Part shown: positions 13,570-28,600 of the stretch, in pieces | Position numbering within the stretch: the stretch's first letter is position 1 | How the letters are laid out: each line of letters opens with the position of its first letter | NCBI RefSeq assembly: GCF_052425735.1 | Contig: NC_135765.1 | Location: 31,310,001-31,374,000 of the forward strand | Length of the DNA: 64,000 bases | Direction: 5' to 3' | Origin: Oculina patagonica | Lineage: Eukaryota | The notes under the pieces: generated by a model | Databases searched by the model: none | What the model was told of the DNA's origin: nothing | Seen by the model: the letters and a program-made list of their open reading frames with translations, nothing else | Translations under genes and position numbers: made by a program

Positions 13570-16500
13570 GTTTGAAAACGTTTATATTGCATATATATGC
13601 TTTGTCATTGTTATGCTCCAACGAGATCACTCTGCTAGTTTTTCACATAGTTAATAGAAAGAAATGGTTAGGAAACCAAGCAAACATGAAAGGAGCAAAC
13701 AAAGAGGCGGGATTTATGTTGGAAGGTCCACGACCCTGCAGATCTTTTGTTGTGGGCTCAAACGCTATGTACGAGTTACGTAATCGCAATGTTTATATTG
13801 GTTAGTGCATGAACAGACGTAACCAACTATTGATTTTTGTTAGCTTTTTTGCAGGGTTGACCCCCAAAATAGCAAACAAAATTTTAGAACATAACAAAGA
13901 ACGTTGCCAGGCTTCCTAACCATTTCCCTCTAATGGTTTACTAAAAACTTCAAATTATAGAGCAACAATGCTGTCCACATTTTGATGTTCCAAAAATCAT
14001 TGGCAAAGCAAAAACGACAGTAGACATTGTTCTTTTGTGGTCATGTGAACAGTTTCGTGCAGATAGAATCAGTTCAGTTTCCTTCACTGTGCTTGTGTTG
14101 TGTTCTCTCTTTCCCAGCACTTCTCTTGACTTAAAGTGCTAGTAATTTTTTTTTTTTTTGCTGTTTGAGAAACCTAGCAAAGGTGCTGTGATTCACGTCC
14201 ATTGTTCAGTTGAAGTAGCATTAATGCAAATGGAAGCAGTCAAGCTCTTAGGTTTTTTTGCTCTCAATAAGGCTTGCATCAAACCTTGTCACTTACTAGT
14301 TAATAAACATTGTTCATCCTTAGGAGGACCCAAGATGCAGCAATAACCAAGTTCGTAGGGCCTCAGATCGACAGTGTGTTGACCCGGGTGAAGAGAACCA
14401 GAAATGTATTGAACGGTGTGGCAGCGACAGTGCCCAATTTGCTAACGATACAGGCGTTTGCTATTGCCCTTACACCGTGGACTGTAACTCGACCTGTGAG
14501 AGTAACAGACCCAAGTGTTTAGTTCAAAGGCTCTTGGAAGGTACTCTTACAATAACATACACTGATGGCAATGGAGAATCACAGACCTTTAATATCACAC
14601 AGGAGCTAGGAGTAAATGACCATGACAATGGCAACCATGCTTGCGAATTTCTCTTTTTTGATGCTGAGCGACCAGTTTATGGGTTTGTGCCAAAGTCTCT
14701 TGATGAAGTGTCCAGTGCATTCCAACAGTCTCCTCAGCAATCGGCACGTAGACGGCGGAGGGCAGTTGATAACTCGACCAGTGCGCCACCTACTAACAAC
14801 GCAATCGCTAACCCGACATTGTGCCTGAACTACGGGCAAGCATTAACCTTTAAAATTGACATCAACCCGTTGAACCGCACCCAAAGTCATTATCCACGAT
14901 ACCGCAAGAATCATTTATTGAACAGAAATGATGCGTTCGACTATGGTAACTTTAGACAACTTCATTCTCTTGTGCGGGACTCAAACAAGACTCTGGACTT
15001 CTTTGTGCATGTGTTCACGCAGAATGGAACCTTCGTGTTTTATGACAATGCAGATCCTTTCCGTGAGACTATAGTAACTGTTGTCGAGCGAGGAACCAGT
15101 TGTCCAGTCGGCACCATTTCACCCACAACACAAAACATTTTGGTGACACTTGGAGTGAGTCGTCTTGAAGTAAGTATTTGTTGCTAGCAGGTAATAGGCT
15201 ACTTTCGACATATTAAAATTCAGCTTGATAACGAGGCCTAGAGGACACAAACAAAAGAAATGAATAAACATGCTTGTAAAATTCCTTTTGTTTGTGTCCT
15301 CTAGGCCTCGTTATTAAGCTGAATTTAAATACGTCTAAAGAATCCTTTTGGTTAACAAAAGGGAGGTTTTTTTAATGTCTTGAAAACATGGCTTAATGAG
15401 ATTGAAGTCATAAAAGGCTTATTGTGCACTATTAGCAGAGGTTTCACCTGCTGTTAGATCCTTTTAAACACGTTATTAAAGATTGTTCGTTCCTTCGTTC
15501 GTTCATTTATTTATTCATTCAACAACGATGGTTTGGCGATTTTAGAAAATGGCGTTACAGCAGAAAAGAATCGTTTGATTTCAGATTTTATTTCCCGTAC
15601 TATTTTGACCTCGTTATTCAAGTACCTATTTCTGGGCTTCTCTAAGGGCTAGACATAACTCACGTGTTAAACATGTTACAAAGTAGTAAATTGGCAAGGA
15701 ACATGCAGCTAATGTTATTTTCTTTTTGTTCTTCCAGCCGACTAACCTGTCCCCTGACTGGGCAGTAATCTGGGGCATGACCGTTTTCATGCTGGTCTGT
15801 ATTATTATGCTGGTGATTGCTGTCATCATATGGCGCCCAAGGAGCATTGGCAGATACCCTATCCGAACACTCAGGCCCAAATACAAAGCACTTGGGGCAC
15901 CCATCCCTGTTGTCCCTATCCCAGGTATGTATCTTTTAACCTGCAGTGTGTAACACAAGTTATTCCTGTTGTGGTGCATGAAATACGTAGGATATTACAC
16001 GTTGGCTCAAGGATATGAATTTTATGTTTGAGTAGCAAAAACAGTATCTCACCAGTGAGCGCAGCGAGCAAGAGAGATATTGTTTTTGCCACGAGAAATA
16101 AAATTCATATCTTTTAGCCAACGTGTAATGTTGTTTTATTATATAGACAGAAAATACCGAAGTGTCGAAAGCACAAACCTTTAATATGTGAACTCCTGTA
16201 CTTCTCCGTCTGGACTTTCTTAAATATCTCTTCTTTGGCCTCATTTGCAAGAAACTCCTTGAACTGTTTTGAAACATGTGAAGTTTTTCTTCTTTATGTC
16301 TGTATTTTCCTGCTTCTTGGTGAACAATTTTTAGTCGGCTTTAGTGAACATAACAGCGTTTGGCAAAGTTTGGCAGCCGTGCAATGGCGCGAAATGACGT
16401 CATCGATATCCTCACCAGTAGGGATATGGAAAATACGCCACTACGGTCACGGATGTAATTTTATATGATTTTTATCAGTGGCCTATATTCCAGTAAAACA

Positions 16501-19500
16501 CTCATTTATAAAATAAAGACGGTTAAAGCCAATATGTTTGATTGATCATTTATTATTATTTGTATATTAGGGATTGATGATCACGTGTACGACCTTGGCC
16601 CTCGTGGTTCACCAGAAGGGTCCTCGTTTGAGTCCCCCAGTGTAAGATTTGAGCTGGAAAACTTCAACGTTCGTACATTTTATGACAAATTAGAAGATCA
16701 AACGTTGCACGTATCATCGCAGCTGGCTCGTCACCAAGCAGACCTGAGAGCGTTCTACGACAGAATTAGCCAACAAGCGGAGAAGCTAAAAGGAATGTTA
16801 GACAGCATGGACGTATCGGCTCTTATCAAAGCCACGAAAGAGGCAGGAAGAGCCAGGGATGGCGAGGTGTGTAGTGAACCGTTGTCACTTAAAGGGGCTT
16901 TGTCACGGATTTTACCAGATTTTTGAACAGCCAAAATATGTATTTGTGTCGTAGGAAACCTTAAAATAATAGCCCATTTTTATTAAAAATTGCTATATTA
17001 GAGCACTGAAACTGTTAACTAGCGTCTTTGGCTCTGTTTTCTGTGGATGGCTAGGATAGAAATGGATTACAACTTGAAAATTTGAGGCTAAACTTTTCAA
17101 GTTGTTTCTGCCCATCTTCAAAAAATCAATATTTATGGCCGTAGTTTGATTTCTCCTCGCAAGTAAAGGTAATATCTTCCTTTAGATGTTCAAAAAATGT
17201 TTTCCATGGGTTAAGTTGCCTACTTCTAATTTCAGAAAAGTTTAGACCAATAATCCGCGAAATTCCCGTGACATAGCTTCTTTAATATTAATTTTAAGGC
17301 AAGCTTGTCTATACACGCGTGATCTTCGCATCTGTTAAAACTTATAATGTCCGTTTAAAATTGCAGGATGCCACTGAAGTGCTCCAGACAAGTGGTGTTG
17401 GTGAACCTAGCAAGCGATATGGGCTGACTGCAGGAGGCCAGGTTAGAGAGGAGGAGTTAATGGCGGCTCTTCAGATGCTGTTGGCAAAAGTTGAACAAGG
17501 ACAGTTTGCTATGCCAGGTTAGATAACTCATAATTAAGTGAATAAAGTTCGTATTGTTTTGGCACTTCTTTAGAATCTTAAAATTCTTCTCGATAAACCA
17601 ATAAAACCAACAATGCGGTGTTTATCATTTTAACTGTGATCTGTGTGAGGCAGATTACCTTATTAAAGGAAATTAACGCTTGTATAAATAAAGGTATTTG
17701 AAATTAACGTGACTTAAATTTTCGCGAATTGAAGGAAAATTTACTTCCCAATAAAGAAAATTTACGCGGAAGAACGGCGCGGAAATTAACGTTATCAAAC
17801 ATAAACGCGACGTAAATTAACGCGAATTTTTTAAATTCACGTTAATTTCATGAAGCGTTAATTTCCTGTAATAAGGTATATCGGGTATTCGTGTCGACAC
17901 TTGCACCAGCGCATCGAAGAACATAGAGGATCGGCTATTGGACGTCACATAAAAGAACAACATGGAAAGGAGCCAGATAACATCGAGAAGAATTCTAAGA
18001 TTCCAAAGAAGTGCCAAAACAAGCTTGAATGTTTGATTTTTCAAGTTCAAGTTCAGTTTAATTTTGTCTACATACCCATCTTACGCTGTGGGTCCAATTT
18101 GAACCAATTTAATCATCATCATTATTTTATTTCTTTTTGTTTTGTAGGCGTTGTATCAGGCACAAGTATTACTGTTCCAAGTTCTGGAATGGTTGTGATG
18201 GGAGGGGACGGTACTACAGCCACTACAACTTTCACTCAACAACCAGCTGGGTATCCTGTGGTCGAGGTACACGCAGGCGAGGCTGCTGGGGTACAGTGGC
18301 AGATCAAAGGAACAAGTGACGTCAGCGAGTTCTTGCGTAAAATGAACGCAGAGCGCATGCACCTTGAACAACAGATTGGAAGGGAAGAGGAGACCACTGT
18401 ACACAAGCTGCTTAAAGAACAGGTGATGGTTATAACCACTTAGCGGTCAAACGTTGCGCGCGTGCGCAGTTCCCGCCAAAATATCCACATACAAACTCCG
18501 CTTTTGAGTTAAAGTTAAGACAGTCACTAAAACGTTAAGCTTGGTACGCTGCTTATGCATAAGAAATTTTATAACTGTTATCCACCGTGTTTCCCCGCGA
18601 GTTATCTTGTTTCCTGGTGCTATTCCCGGGGGGACTCCCATATCAAAGAGACGGGGATGCTTGTCGTCTCGCTTAGGGGTGAAAATTTGGGATTTTGGTC
18701 TCTCTTAGGGTGTTCCGGGTAAAACACCAGTATTTTTAGCCGTCAAGGTCTCGTTTGGGGTTCCTCACAAAAAATATAGAAATATATCAGTTTTAAAATG
18801 TTCTAAAATGGTATCTTTTAGGGGTCAAAAAAGCGTGCGTAACGCATAGATTGGTCTCCTTTAGGGGTTTAATTCAAAATTCTCGATAAGCATCCCTATC
18901 TGTTTGATATGGGAGTCCCCCCGGGGGGTGCTATTTCATACCGTACGGTATTTTTTACCGTTTTTCTACAACAGTCTTGCACACTTTCGCATCAAATTCT
19001 TAGAAAAGGTCGGGGGGGGGGGGGGGTGGCGAAAACCGGAAGTGGCATTGGTTTTGTGCGTTTGACCGCTGTAAAATAACAAGCAAGCTGTCATTTTTAC
19101 TACAAAATGTGAATTCTGCTTGAATGTCGTGCAATCTCTTAAGCTTTCACACAAGCCTAGTAGCTTTCATTTCTTAACCTTCACACGAATCTGATGGCTT
19201 GCATTTTGTTTTACATGTAACTGAAAATTACTGTAGACTTATATTTATTTTCTGTTGATTTAGCTTAACACTGTACGAACGATATTGATATTTGGCACAA
19301 GTTGGAGACGAACATAACACAAACGAAATTATATTCTCGTTTATAAATCCATGAGAATCACCTTACTTGTGAATGTAGCACACATTTTCACTTAGAAAAA
19401 TTAATCACTATTTTAGCAATATTAATCAATCAATCAATCAATCAAACTTTATTTATAGAGTTACACGTGATAGTTTTACAACTAATAAATTTGTGGCCCT

Positions 19501-22500
19501 CTCTAATCTAATTTAAAATTTAGTTAAAAGCTAATTTAAAATCGAAATGTAAGTTAAAAATTTAAAAACTAATCTACAATATTGATCCAAAGGTAATTAT
19601 TACTAATATCACAATCTAAAAGTTATTATCGAAAAAAGGAGACTATTAAGACTATTAAATGTGAACCTTTTATCAGGCAATGAACTTTCTAAAATGATAC
19701 CTTTGTGGCTTGTAGTACAACAGTAAAATCCTTGTAATGTTATTACATATGTATAACTTTTTAACTTGAAGATGAAGTATTTAACATGACACGAGCATGG
19801 GACAAAGAAAAATTCTGAGTCCCCGACGGGGACCCATGCCCGTGTCATGTTGAATACTTCATCTTCATTATTTCTTACCGAGCTTAAAATTTACCACCTT
19901 TATTATTTACAACTTTTTAACTTTATTTAAATCAACAGGAAGAAAAGCGTTCAGAAGAGATGAAGAGATTAGCGGAGAACTTAGCGGACAAACTGTCAGG
20001 CGATCTGAGTGAAGATGAGATGAGAGCAGTCATGGAAGATCATGAAAGACAAGTTGCTCAGTTAGAGGGAGTGCTAGCATCCGAGAAAGAAAAGCAAATG
20101 GCAGCGCTGAGAGAAAAGCTGAGGCGAAGGAGAGAAGAAAAAGAAGCCGCCTTGTTAAAGAAACAGAAAGAAGAGGTACAATAATAATGGTGAAACTGAC
20201 CAACTGACAAAACCTAAACAACGAATTTCTTATTACAAAATCCACTCATTTTTCAACAGACACCTTATGAGAATAAAGAAAATCATCAACTAGAATTATT
20301 ATCTTAATGTTAATTACAAATTGACGTCAGTTTTTCTGTCCTCTTATTGATAAAAAAATGCGTCATAACTTTGTCAAAAGGCAAAAAGGTCAAATGCAAG
20401 GTTAAATGAAGAGAAAACACAAGTAAACTTGACAATTTCTAATTTTTTTTCAAACTGACCAATCAGGGCGCAACTATTGTCAATAACATTTCTCGCCTTC
20501 TCATTGGCTCCTGACAACACTAAAAAAAATATTTCATTGGCTAAAATACTGACAGTTTGACAGCACGCGTCAATCACGCCAATGTCTTGCATAAATTATA
20601 TGTGCCTGTACTCTTATTGATGATAAACATTAATCAATCAGCGTGTAAGAATTCGCTCAATTGTAAAAAACTAATTCTCTGAACAAACATAAAAAGAAAT
20701 TTATAAATTTCGGTAAAGAGAATTCTTATTTTAAACTGCTGATTTTGCTTAATTCTCCTTTAATTTTCAACAGGCCGGGAAGTCCAATATTCGTCTGGAC
20801 GATGTTCAACCGCTGGCCAGTATAGAGACCGTGCTGAAGACTCAAGAAAGTGTCCAAGACGTCATTGTTCAGGAAGAATCTATTGGGCATGCGCGTGCAG
20901 AGGAGCAGCAGTCCAATGAACAGGCGAACGTGTATCGTCGGCAGCTTGGTGACAAGTTCTGTGCTATGGTGGTAAGAATCATTACAAAACTCTAGTGCAC
21001 ATTAAATCAAAAACAGAAGGATGGGTGCCTGGGATATCCAGGGGGCTTCCACTGTGCCCCCCCCCCCCCCCGCCACACCCCCCGATGGAATACAGCTGGC
21101 TGGCAATCCCTGCAAAACAGCCATGAGCCCCCACCTCCAGCACCCGTCACACTGCACTGACAAGATCAGTGGAAAGGAGTCTCTGCAAAGCAGCCATTGG
21201 CCCCCACGGCAAGCCAAAGGGACCTCTGTGTTGACCACTAGGTCAGAACAGAGTTAGGTGCTCTAAAAAGAAACGTCCAAAAAGTCATTTAGCGCCTCAA
21301 CGGAGGTAGACGAGTCTTACATTTTTTTTAATGCAACGGCAGTAACAAAATATTACTGTTTAAAAAGTTTAAAGAGCGGATACAGGCATCCATGATGAAG
21401 AATAAGTAGGTTTTGCAGGAAAAAATTCCTGATTTTGTTGAGTTTTTTTCTAGGATGATCTTGTGGCATCCGGGTCTCTGTATGCTGATCAAGCGGAACA
21501 AATCAAACGAGAGCAAATGGAATTAGAGGAAAAGATGTCACGTGAGTTGGCTCAACAGCGTGCGCAACAGACAGCACTTATCAAGGAAAAGCTAGCTCAG
21601 AGAAAGAAAGAACGAATGAAGAAACTGAGAGAACAACAGGAGATTGAAAAAGCCAAGGTAAACTTGTTAATCTGATGCCCACACAACTGGCTTGTGTTAC
21701 TTTTGTTGTCGCGCAACCCTTCTTACCATGTTACGTAACTCTTCTTACCTTGTCACGCAACTCTTCTCGCCATGTCACGCAATCCTTCTCACCTTTTCAC
21801 GTAACTCTCGTTTCAGGTCATAAGTGAGGGCGGTGACGTGACAGCATTGCTGAAGCAGCACGAACAGGAAGTAGCAGCCCTGGAAGCAAGTTTTGAGGCG
21901 GAGGAGGCGCGTCACACTGCAGAGATTAACAAGAAGCTTAATGAGACACACATGGAGAACGTACAACAAGCTCACAGAGCACTGCTAGACAAGGTTAGCA
22001 TGAAATCCTTTGACTCCCAAATTTTTGTTTCTGATAGTCTTGAGGGGCTTTGTTATTCTGAAAAGCTAAAATTTATATTTGTGTTGTAGGAAACCTAAAA
22101 ATAATGGTTCATTTTTCATAAAAATTGCTACATTAAAGCACTGGAACTGTTGTTGTTGGTACTGTTGTTGTTGTTCTTGTACTGTTGTTGTTGGTACTGT
22201 TGTTGTTGTTCTTGTACTGTTGTTGTTGGTACTGTTGTTGCTGTTGTTGTTGTTGTTGGAACTGTTGCTGGAACTGTTGTTGTTGTTGTTGTTGCTGGAA
22301 CTGTTGTTGTTGTTGTTGTTGCTGCTGGAACTGTTGTTGTTCTTGTACTGTTGTTGTTGGTACTGTTTTGTTGTTCTTGTACTGTTGTTGTTGGAACTGT
22401 GCTGGACTGTTGTTGTTGTTGTTGTTGTTGTTGTTGGAACTGTGCTGGAACTGTTGTTGTTGTTGTTGTTGTTGTTGCTGGAACTGTTGTTGTTCTTGTA

Positions 22501-22564
22501 CTGTTGTTGTTGTAACGTTGTTGTTGGTACTTTTGTTGTTGTTGTATTTGTTGTTGGTTTTTTT

Positions 22565-22633
<69 letters not shown>

Positions 22634-25600
22634 TTGTTGCTGGAACTGTTATTGTTGTTGTTGGAACTGTTGTTGTTGTTTGTTACATCAACGTCTGCTT
22701 TAAATTTACGCTTTTTGCCGCCGTCATGAGTGACGTGAATTTCCTCTTGTGTTTTCTGCTGAAGGTTACAAAAGACAACTTAGACGCGGTTCTTCAACAG
22801 CAGATTATGGATCAGTTCAGGAAAGATAACGAGGCGCTGCTTGGACACCTTGAGCAACGAAAACAAAAATCTCTGGAGGACACAAAGGTAACAAAAAATC
22901 ATTTTTTTCAACAGTGCTGACAAATCGGTGAAAACTAAAATGGAGTCTTCTTTTGTACACAAGTTCTTGTATACACGCACTTAAAGGTGAAGTAAACTTT
23001 GCCAAATTTAAAGGAGAGGGGGGGGGTTTTTTTTTTGTTTTTTTGGGGTTTTTGAAAAAAAAAATGTTTTTTTTTTCTTCGTACAGGCGAAGCTTGCAGC
23101 CCGTCGTGCTCGTCGTCAAGAGGAGGCGCGCCGTCAGGCAGAGGAGGCTGCTGCTCAGCGGATCCTTGAAGAGCAGAGCCAGGCCATCGCGGCCAACAAA
23201 CCAGTCGACGCAGATCACGTGGTTGTACCTGAAGTCATTTTACCACGTGAAACGTCAGAAGAACAGGTTCGAAAAAAATAGTAGTTCACGTTTGATAACT
23301 ATTCAGACTACTTGGTTTTCTAAAAGCTGTGATAAAACTTAGTTTATAAAACCTGTAGCAGTCTTCATGAAGTTGTCATTTTGCAAAATGCTTTTGAAGA
23401 ATTTGCTACATTACAATTACTGGCATTCTCGTCACCATAGCCCTTTTCGTTTCTCTTAGCCGGCGGGGCCTGTGCACCAGTAAGGGCTTGAATTAATTCG
23501 ATAACAAAACTTGAACGAAAGTCAAATATGTCACGATTCTCCCACACACTATATTGAAACAACACGATTGCAGACTTGAAGACCGGAAGTCCAAGAATTT
23601 GGGACCTGAATCATTTGTCTCCAGAACCCTTCGTTTCTTATACCAAGGCCCTGCCGACTTATAGAAGCAAAGAGGGATATGGGGACGAGAATGAATCACT
23701 GGAAGTTAAGTTAAAGTTCGATCACGTGGGCAGATCAGGGTAGCAAACTGAAGCATCATTTAATTTCCAAACCATTGCTGCTTTCAGTATATTAAGATAT
23801 TTTTTTCTACCTACAGGCTTTACGAAACGAACAGGAACGAACATTAGCCGACATGCGCGAGAGGCACGAGCAAGATGCTCACAAAATAAACGAGAAACTC
23901 GAGCGAGAAGTGGCGACAGAGGAGGCTCAGGCGGTGGAACTGCTTGAAGCTGAGAAAGAACGAAGACTAAGAGAGCTGAAGGACAGACAAGCCGCGGAAT
24001 TAGCCGCTCGATCGAAAGACATGTCGCCTGAAGAAGTGCAACAGGTATTGAGAGAAGAGGGGCCTGAAAGAGTGAAATGCGAACTGGGATTTGGGCAAAT
24101 GTTCACTGGGAAAATGAGATTTGGGTCACTGGGACTGGGAATCACAAACAAAAAACAATGCAACTGGGAATGGGATTTAGGCAAAATTTGGGGTGGGAAA
24201 TGGGATTTATACCCCCCCCCCCCCCCCCCCCCCTTCAGAACCTCGAAGAACACTGCCTTTTTCAATGAGCAACAAAGTCTTGGAATTAAATAGGGACCTT
24301 TTTGGACTTTTCCCTTTACGTAGTGTTGTGGAAGACAATACCTAGACAACTTCTAGTCTGTATAAATATTTCCTCACGAATTCGCTTAGAGTTTATCGAG
24401 CCTACAAAGTCGATTTCCACGTAAGCGTGCAATGACATAGAATAGAGGATTAAAGGGACTATTTCACGGACTTAGCCAGATTTTTGAACAGCCAAAATTT
24501 ATATTTGTGTCGCAGGAAACCTACAAATATTATTACTATATTAGTAGAAACTCGGCGTGCATTGGAAATCCGCGAATCTGATTCTCTCCCACTGATTTCT
24601 ATTCGCCGATAGAAAACAGTCGCGCGCCGCGAGCTCAAGCGGTAATCTTGATTTGTCCAAAGTGCACAACATTGTAGGTTTTGGACTAAATCCTTAGAGT
24701 TTCACAAACAATTAGACTACTCGCTATTTGCTCATAGAAAACTCGGGCTTGTAGTCTAATTGTTAATTAGAGCACGGAAACTGTCAACGAGCATCCTTGG
24801 CCGCGGATGGCTCGGATAGAAATGGATTGGAACTTTTTCTAGTTGTTTCTGTGCATCATCATAAAATCAATATTTATAGCCGTAGGTTGATTTCTATCCG
24901 CAAATTGAGGTTATATTTTCCTTCAGATGTTCAAAGAAAATGTTTTTTATGGATTAAGTTGCCTACCACTAATTTCAGAACAGTTTAGACCAAAAATCCG
25001 CGAAATCCCCGTGTTGTAGCTCCTTTAAAGGCTTGCAGTTGTGCTATGCGTATTCAGTCAGCATCTTGGGGAAATATTATTGACAGCGTTTGTCCCGTTT
25101 TATTTTGTCTTCAGCTTTTGGCAGCCCATCAACAAGAACTTGAGGAAATCATGGAAAAGATGGATGTAGAGAAGCAACGTCAGCAAGCCAGTTTACACCA
25201 GAAGTTACTAGAAAGAAAGAAACGAAGGCAAGAGGCGCAACAACGTAAACAAGAACGAGAGATGGCGAAAGAACTATTAGAACAGAAGAAAGAACTTGCT
25301 GAAGTGCGCACACAACACGTGAGTAACATAACGATTGTTAATGAACGCGTGAAAACATTTCTCTACAATTTCTAAACTGATCATAATTTGAAGTTTTTCC
25401 TCATCTCTCATGGTAGGTATGGTATTGTAGCAGTTGAAAGGCTTTCTCACGGATTTTACCAGATTTGTGAACAACCCTTACTTATGTTTGTGTCGAAGGA
25501 AACCTTAAAATAATGGTCCATTTTTATTAAAAATTGCTATATTAGACCTCTGAAACTATTAACGAGCGTCTTAGGCTGCGGATGGAACGGATGGAAATGG

Positions 25601-28600
25601 ATTGCAACTTGATAATGGGTTAAGTTGCCTACCACTTCTTTCAAAACAGTTTAGACCAAAAATCTGCGAAATCCCCATGACGTAGCTACTTCAATTTACT
25701 TAGGACCCTCTAGGGTAGCGTGCCTTGACTGACCGGGAAACGCAATGTTTGAGTTACACTTCAAGTACAAACTTTCATCCTTTACGAAAGAATTGAAGTC
25801 AAACGAGTAGAAAGTATATATCTATATATTGTTATTTTGTTGACAGGTAAAGGAAGCCGAGAAGCAAGCAATGATTGAAGGTATTCGGGAAAATGGATCT
25901 GAAGCGGCAGAGTTTGTTATTCGAAAGGTAATAAATACACTCTATTCTTTCATTTGCGTTTTAGTGATACCCACAAATTAACTTTCGTTTCGTCTTCTAG
26001 AGTAAGGTTAGGGAAACACAGCGTGTCATTAGTATTTCTCCGTTTTATACAGTGGAAGCCCGCTCTACGGACACCTGCATGCTTAATACGGACAGTTTCG
26101 TTGGTCCCAACGAAAAGCTCATATATAACCCACTTATTACGGACACCCGTTAATACAGACAACAGACACTTAGTTTCATCGTCAACCCCGCTTTACGGAC
26201 AATTTTCATTGTCAAAGTAAAGTTACGAACGTTGTCGAGTTTTAAGAACAGTAAGGTAATTTTAGAAAGTAATATAACTATTACTGGCAAGGCCATCCTG
26301 ATACATTTGAGTTATTGCTTTGCACATTAAATTGACAGTTAATTCTGCGTTATTTGATAGGATCAGTGACCACAATAAAATGTTTTATTTTTTGGCCTCA
26401 GGTTCTCGAAAAACGACACAGCCAAGAGCTGAAAGACTTAGAGCGCATGTTCCAAGAAGAACGTAAAGTGGCAGTCGACGAAGCACTGGCTAAGATGGAG
26501 GAGCGACACGCTCAGGAAAGCGATGAATTGCGTGCTCAGAATGAAAAAGAGTTAAAAGAACTTGAGAAGCAACAGCTGAGTCCTGAAGAGCTACAGCAGA
26601 GACGAGCACAGTTATTAAATCAACAACAATTACGGCAGAGCGCGCTTGACAAAAAACACGCTGATCAGCGGAAACAGATCCAACATGGCGTGCAGTCTGA
26701 CTGGGAAGTACGCTTTGCACGCGCCAAGTTGGAACTCAAGGAGAAACATTATCAGGTTTGTTGCGGTTCTTTGATTATTAGAATTTCTTTTTCTCCATTC
26801 TTAGGTGTTAGTTCAGTAGCCTGCGTAGTTGGCGGTATGTTGGGGTAAACGCACGCGCGAGCAAGTGGCGAGGCCGCGAGAGACCTAGGAAGGTGGAAGC
26901 AAAAAGCCTTTCGCTTTTTCCCCCCTAGGCCCCTCGCAGCTTCGCCGCTTGTTCGTGTGTGTGTGCGTTAACCCCAACAAAACCGCCAGCTATGTGGGCT
27001 ATTAGTTCAGGTACAGCCGTAGTGAAGTAATTTTAGGTTGAAGGTTAAATTTGACAATAAAAGTTGACAGTTACTTGTGACAAATTACATAGTTCGGGCC
27101 TGTCTGCCGCAGCATTTCGTCCCTGCCAAGGGACTCTCTAGAGACCTGTCTGTTTAGCAAACTCGTCGAGCATCGCGCTCAAAGTCCCGTTCGCAAGCAA
27201 AATAATGACAGCAATCTCGCCTTATATCGCACAAGAATTCCCGACAGCACAAAATCCCGAGTTAAAATTGACAATAGAAGTTGACAGTTACTTGTAACAA
27301 AATACATAATTCGTGGCTAGTCTTTTTGGCAGTTACTGAATGGGGTGTTTCAAGTTTAGCTGTAGTCTTGAAACAATTTTTACACACGTCCACATTTAAC
27401 TCCTTCATTCTCCTCCTCCCCTTACCCTCCCCCAGGAATATGCAGATGCCTTGAATGAGCTGACCCCAGAGCAGGCAGAGGAACACAGGAAATCAGTCGA
27501 AAAGGCAATGGCAGCTGCGAGGGAACTGGAAATAGTCAAGCAGAAGTTAGATGAACAGCGGGCGGAGAACGAACAGAAGCTCAAACAAGAAAATGAAGGT
27601 TTGTTGGTTTCACCAATTCCCCCGCAACCACTGCACATAGCCAAAGCATAAACGACGACAATATTTATTTAACGTGAGGGTAAAAAGAACCTGAAACGGT
27701 GCAACAAGAACGAACCACAATACATCTAATTTAAAGGGGATTTGTCGCCGATTTTAAGAGATATTGGAAAAGCCAAAATTTACATTTGTAGAAAACCTAA
27801 AAATAACGGCCCATTTTTATTAGCAATTGCTTTATAAGAGCACTGAAACTGTTAACAAGCGTCTTTGGATGCAGGTGGCTCGGATGGAAATGGATTGAAA
27901 CTTGAGAATGGCGTCACTTTTCAAGTTTTTTCCGCGCGTCTTCAAAAAATCAATATTTACAGCCGAAGTTTGATTTCTATCCACAAATTGAGGTTATATC
28001 TTCCTTTAGACGTTCAAAGATAATGTTTTTACATGGGTTAAGTTGCCTACTACTTTTTCAGAGGCCGGCGACGTGACGAGCTCCAAGATCACGTATAAAG
28101 TCTTAAAATTTTAGAAGTGTCTTATAACACAGACAGTAGCAATGTTACTTAAAATAGGTAGCTTTAAAACTGTTCTTACGCATGTGTTCTTTTTCTCTGC
28201 AGCATTTGAAGCTGAACAACAACAAAAGTTGGAAGAGGAACTAAAGGCGTTTGACAAACAACTGGAACTAGAGGCAGAGGAAGAACAGAAAAAGAACGAG
28301 AAAGCAATCTTGGCTTTGAACGCTCGCAAAGAAACTCTGCTAAAAGAAAAGAAAGCTAAAGTCAAACAGGAAATGGACAAAATGAGCAAACAAGGGGCTT
28401 CTAAAGAAGATCAAGAAGCCATCTTAAAAGAGCACAGCAAAGACTTGGCTAAACTCATGAACAAGATGGATGCTGACAGAATGAGAATGCAGAGTTCACT
28501 AGAAGAGCGTTTGAAGAAGAGACGCGAGGCAAAACGGCAGGCCAAAGTGGAAGAGCTGACAAATCAAAATGAAGAAGAGAAAAGAGAGTTTGAAGAAAAG

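Noticed and set aside
22145-22520. CRISPR-like repeat/spacer periodicity (GGAACTGTTG units)
   Set aside because: The spacers are just GTT runs; eukaryotic context and no cas genes.
22079-22729. Long poly-Leu/Cys/Val/Phe ORFs in three frames
   Set aside because: Translation of a (GTT)n and poly-T microsatellite inside an intron; flanking exons splice in frame without it. The tract length may also be a sequencing artefact.
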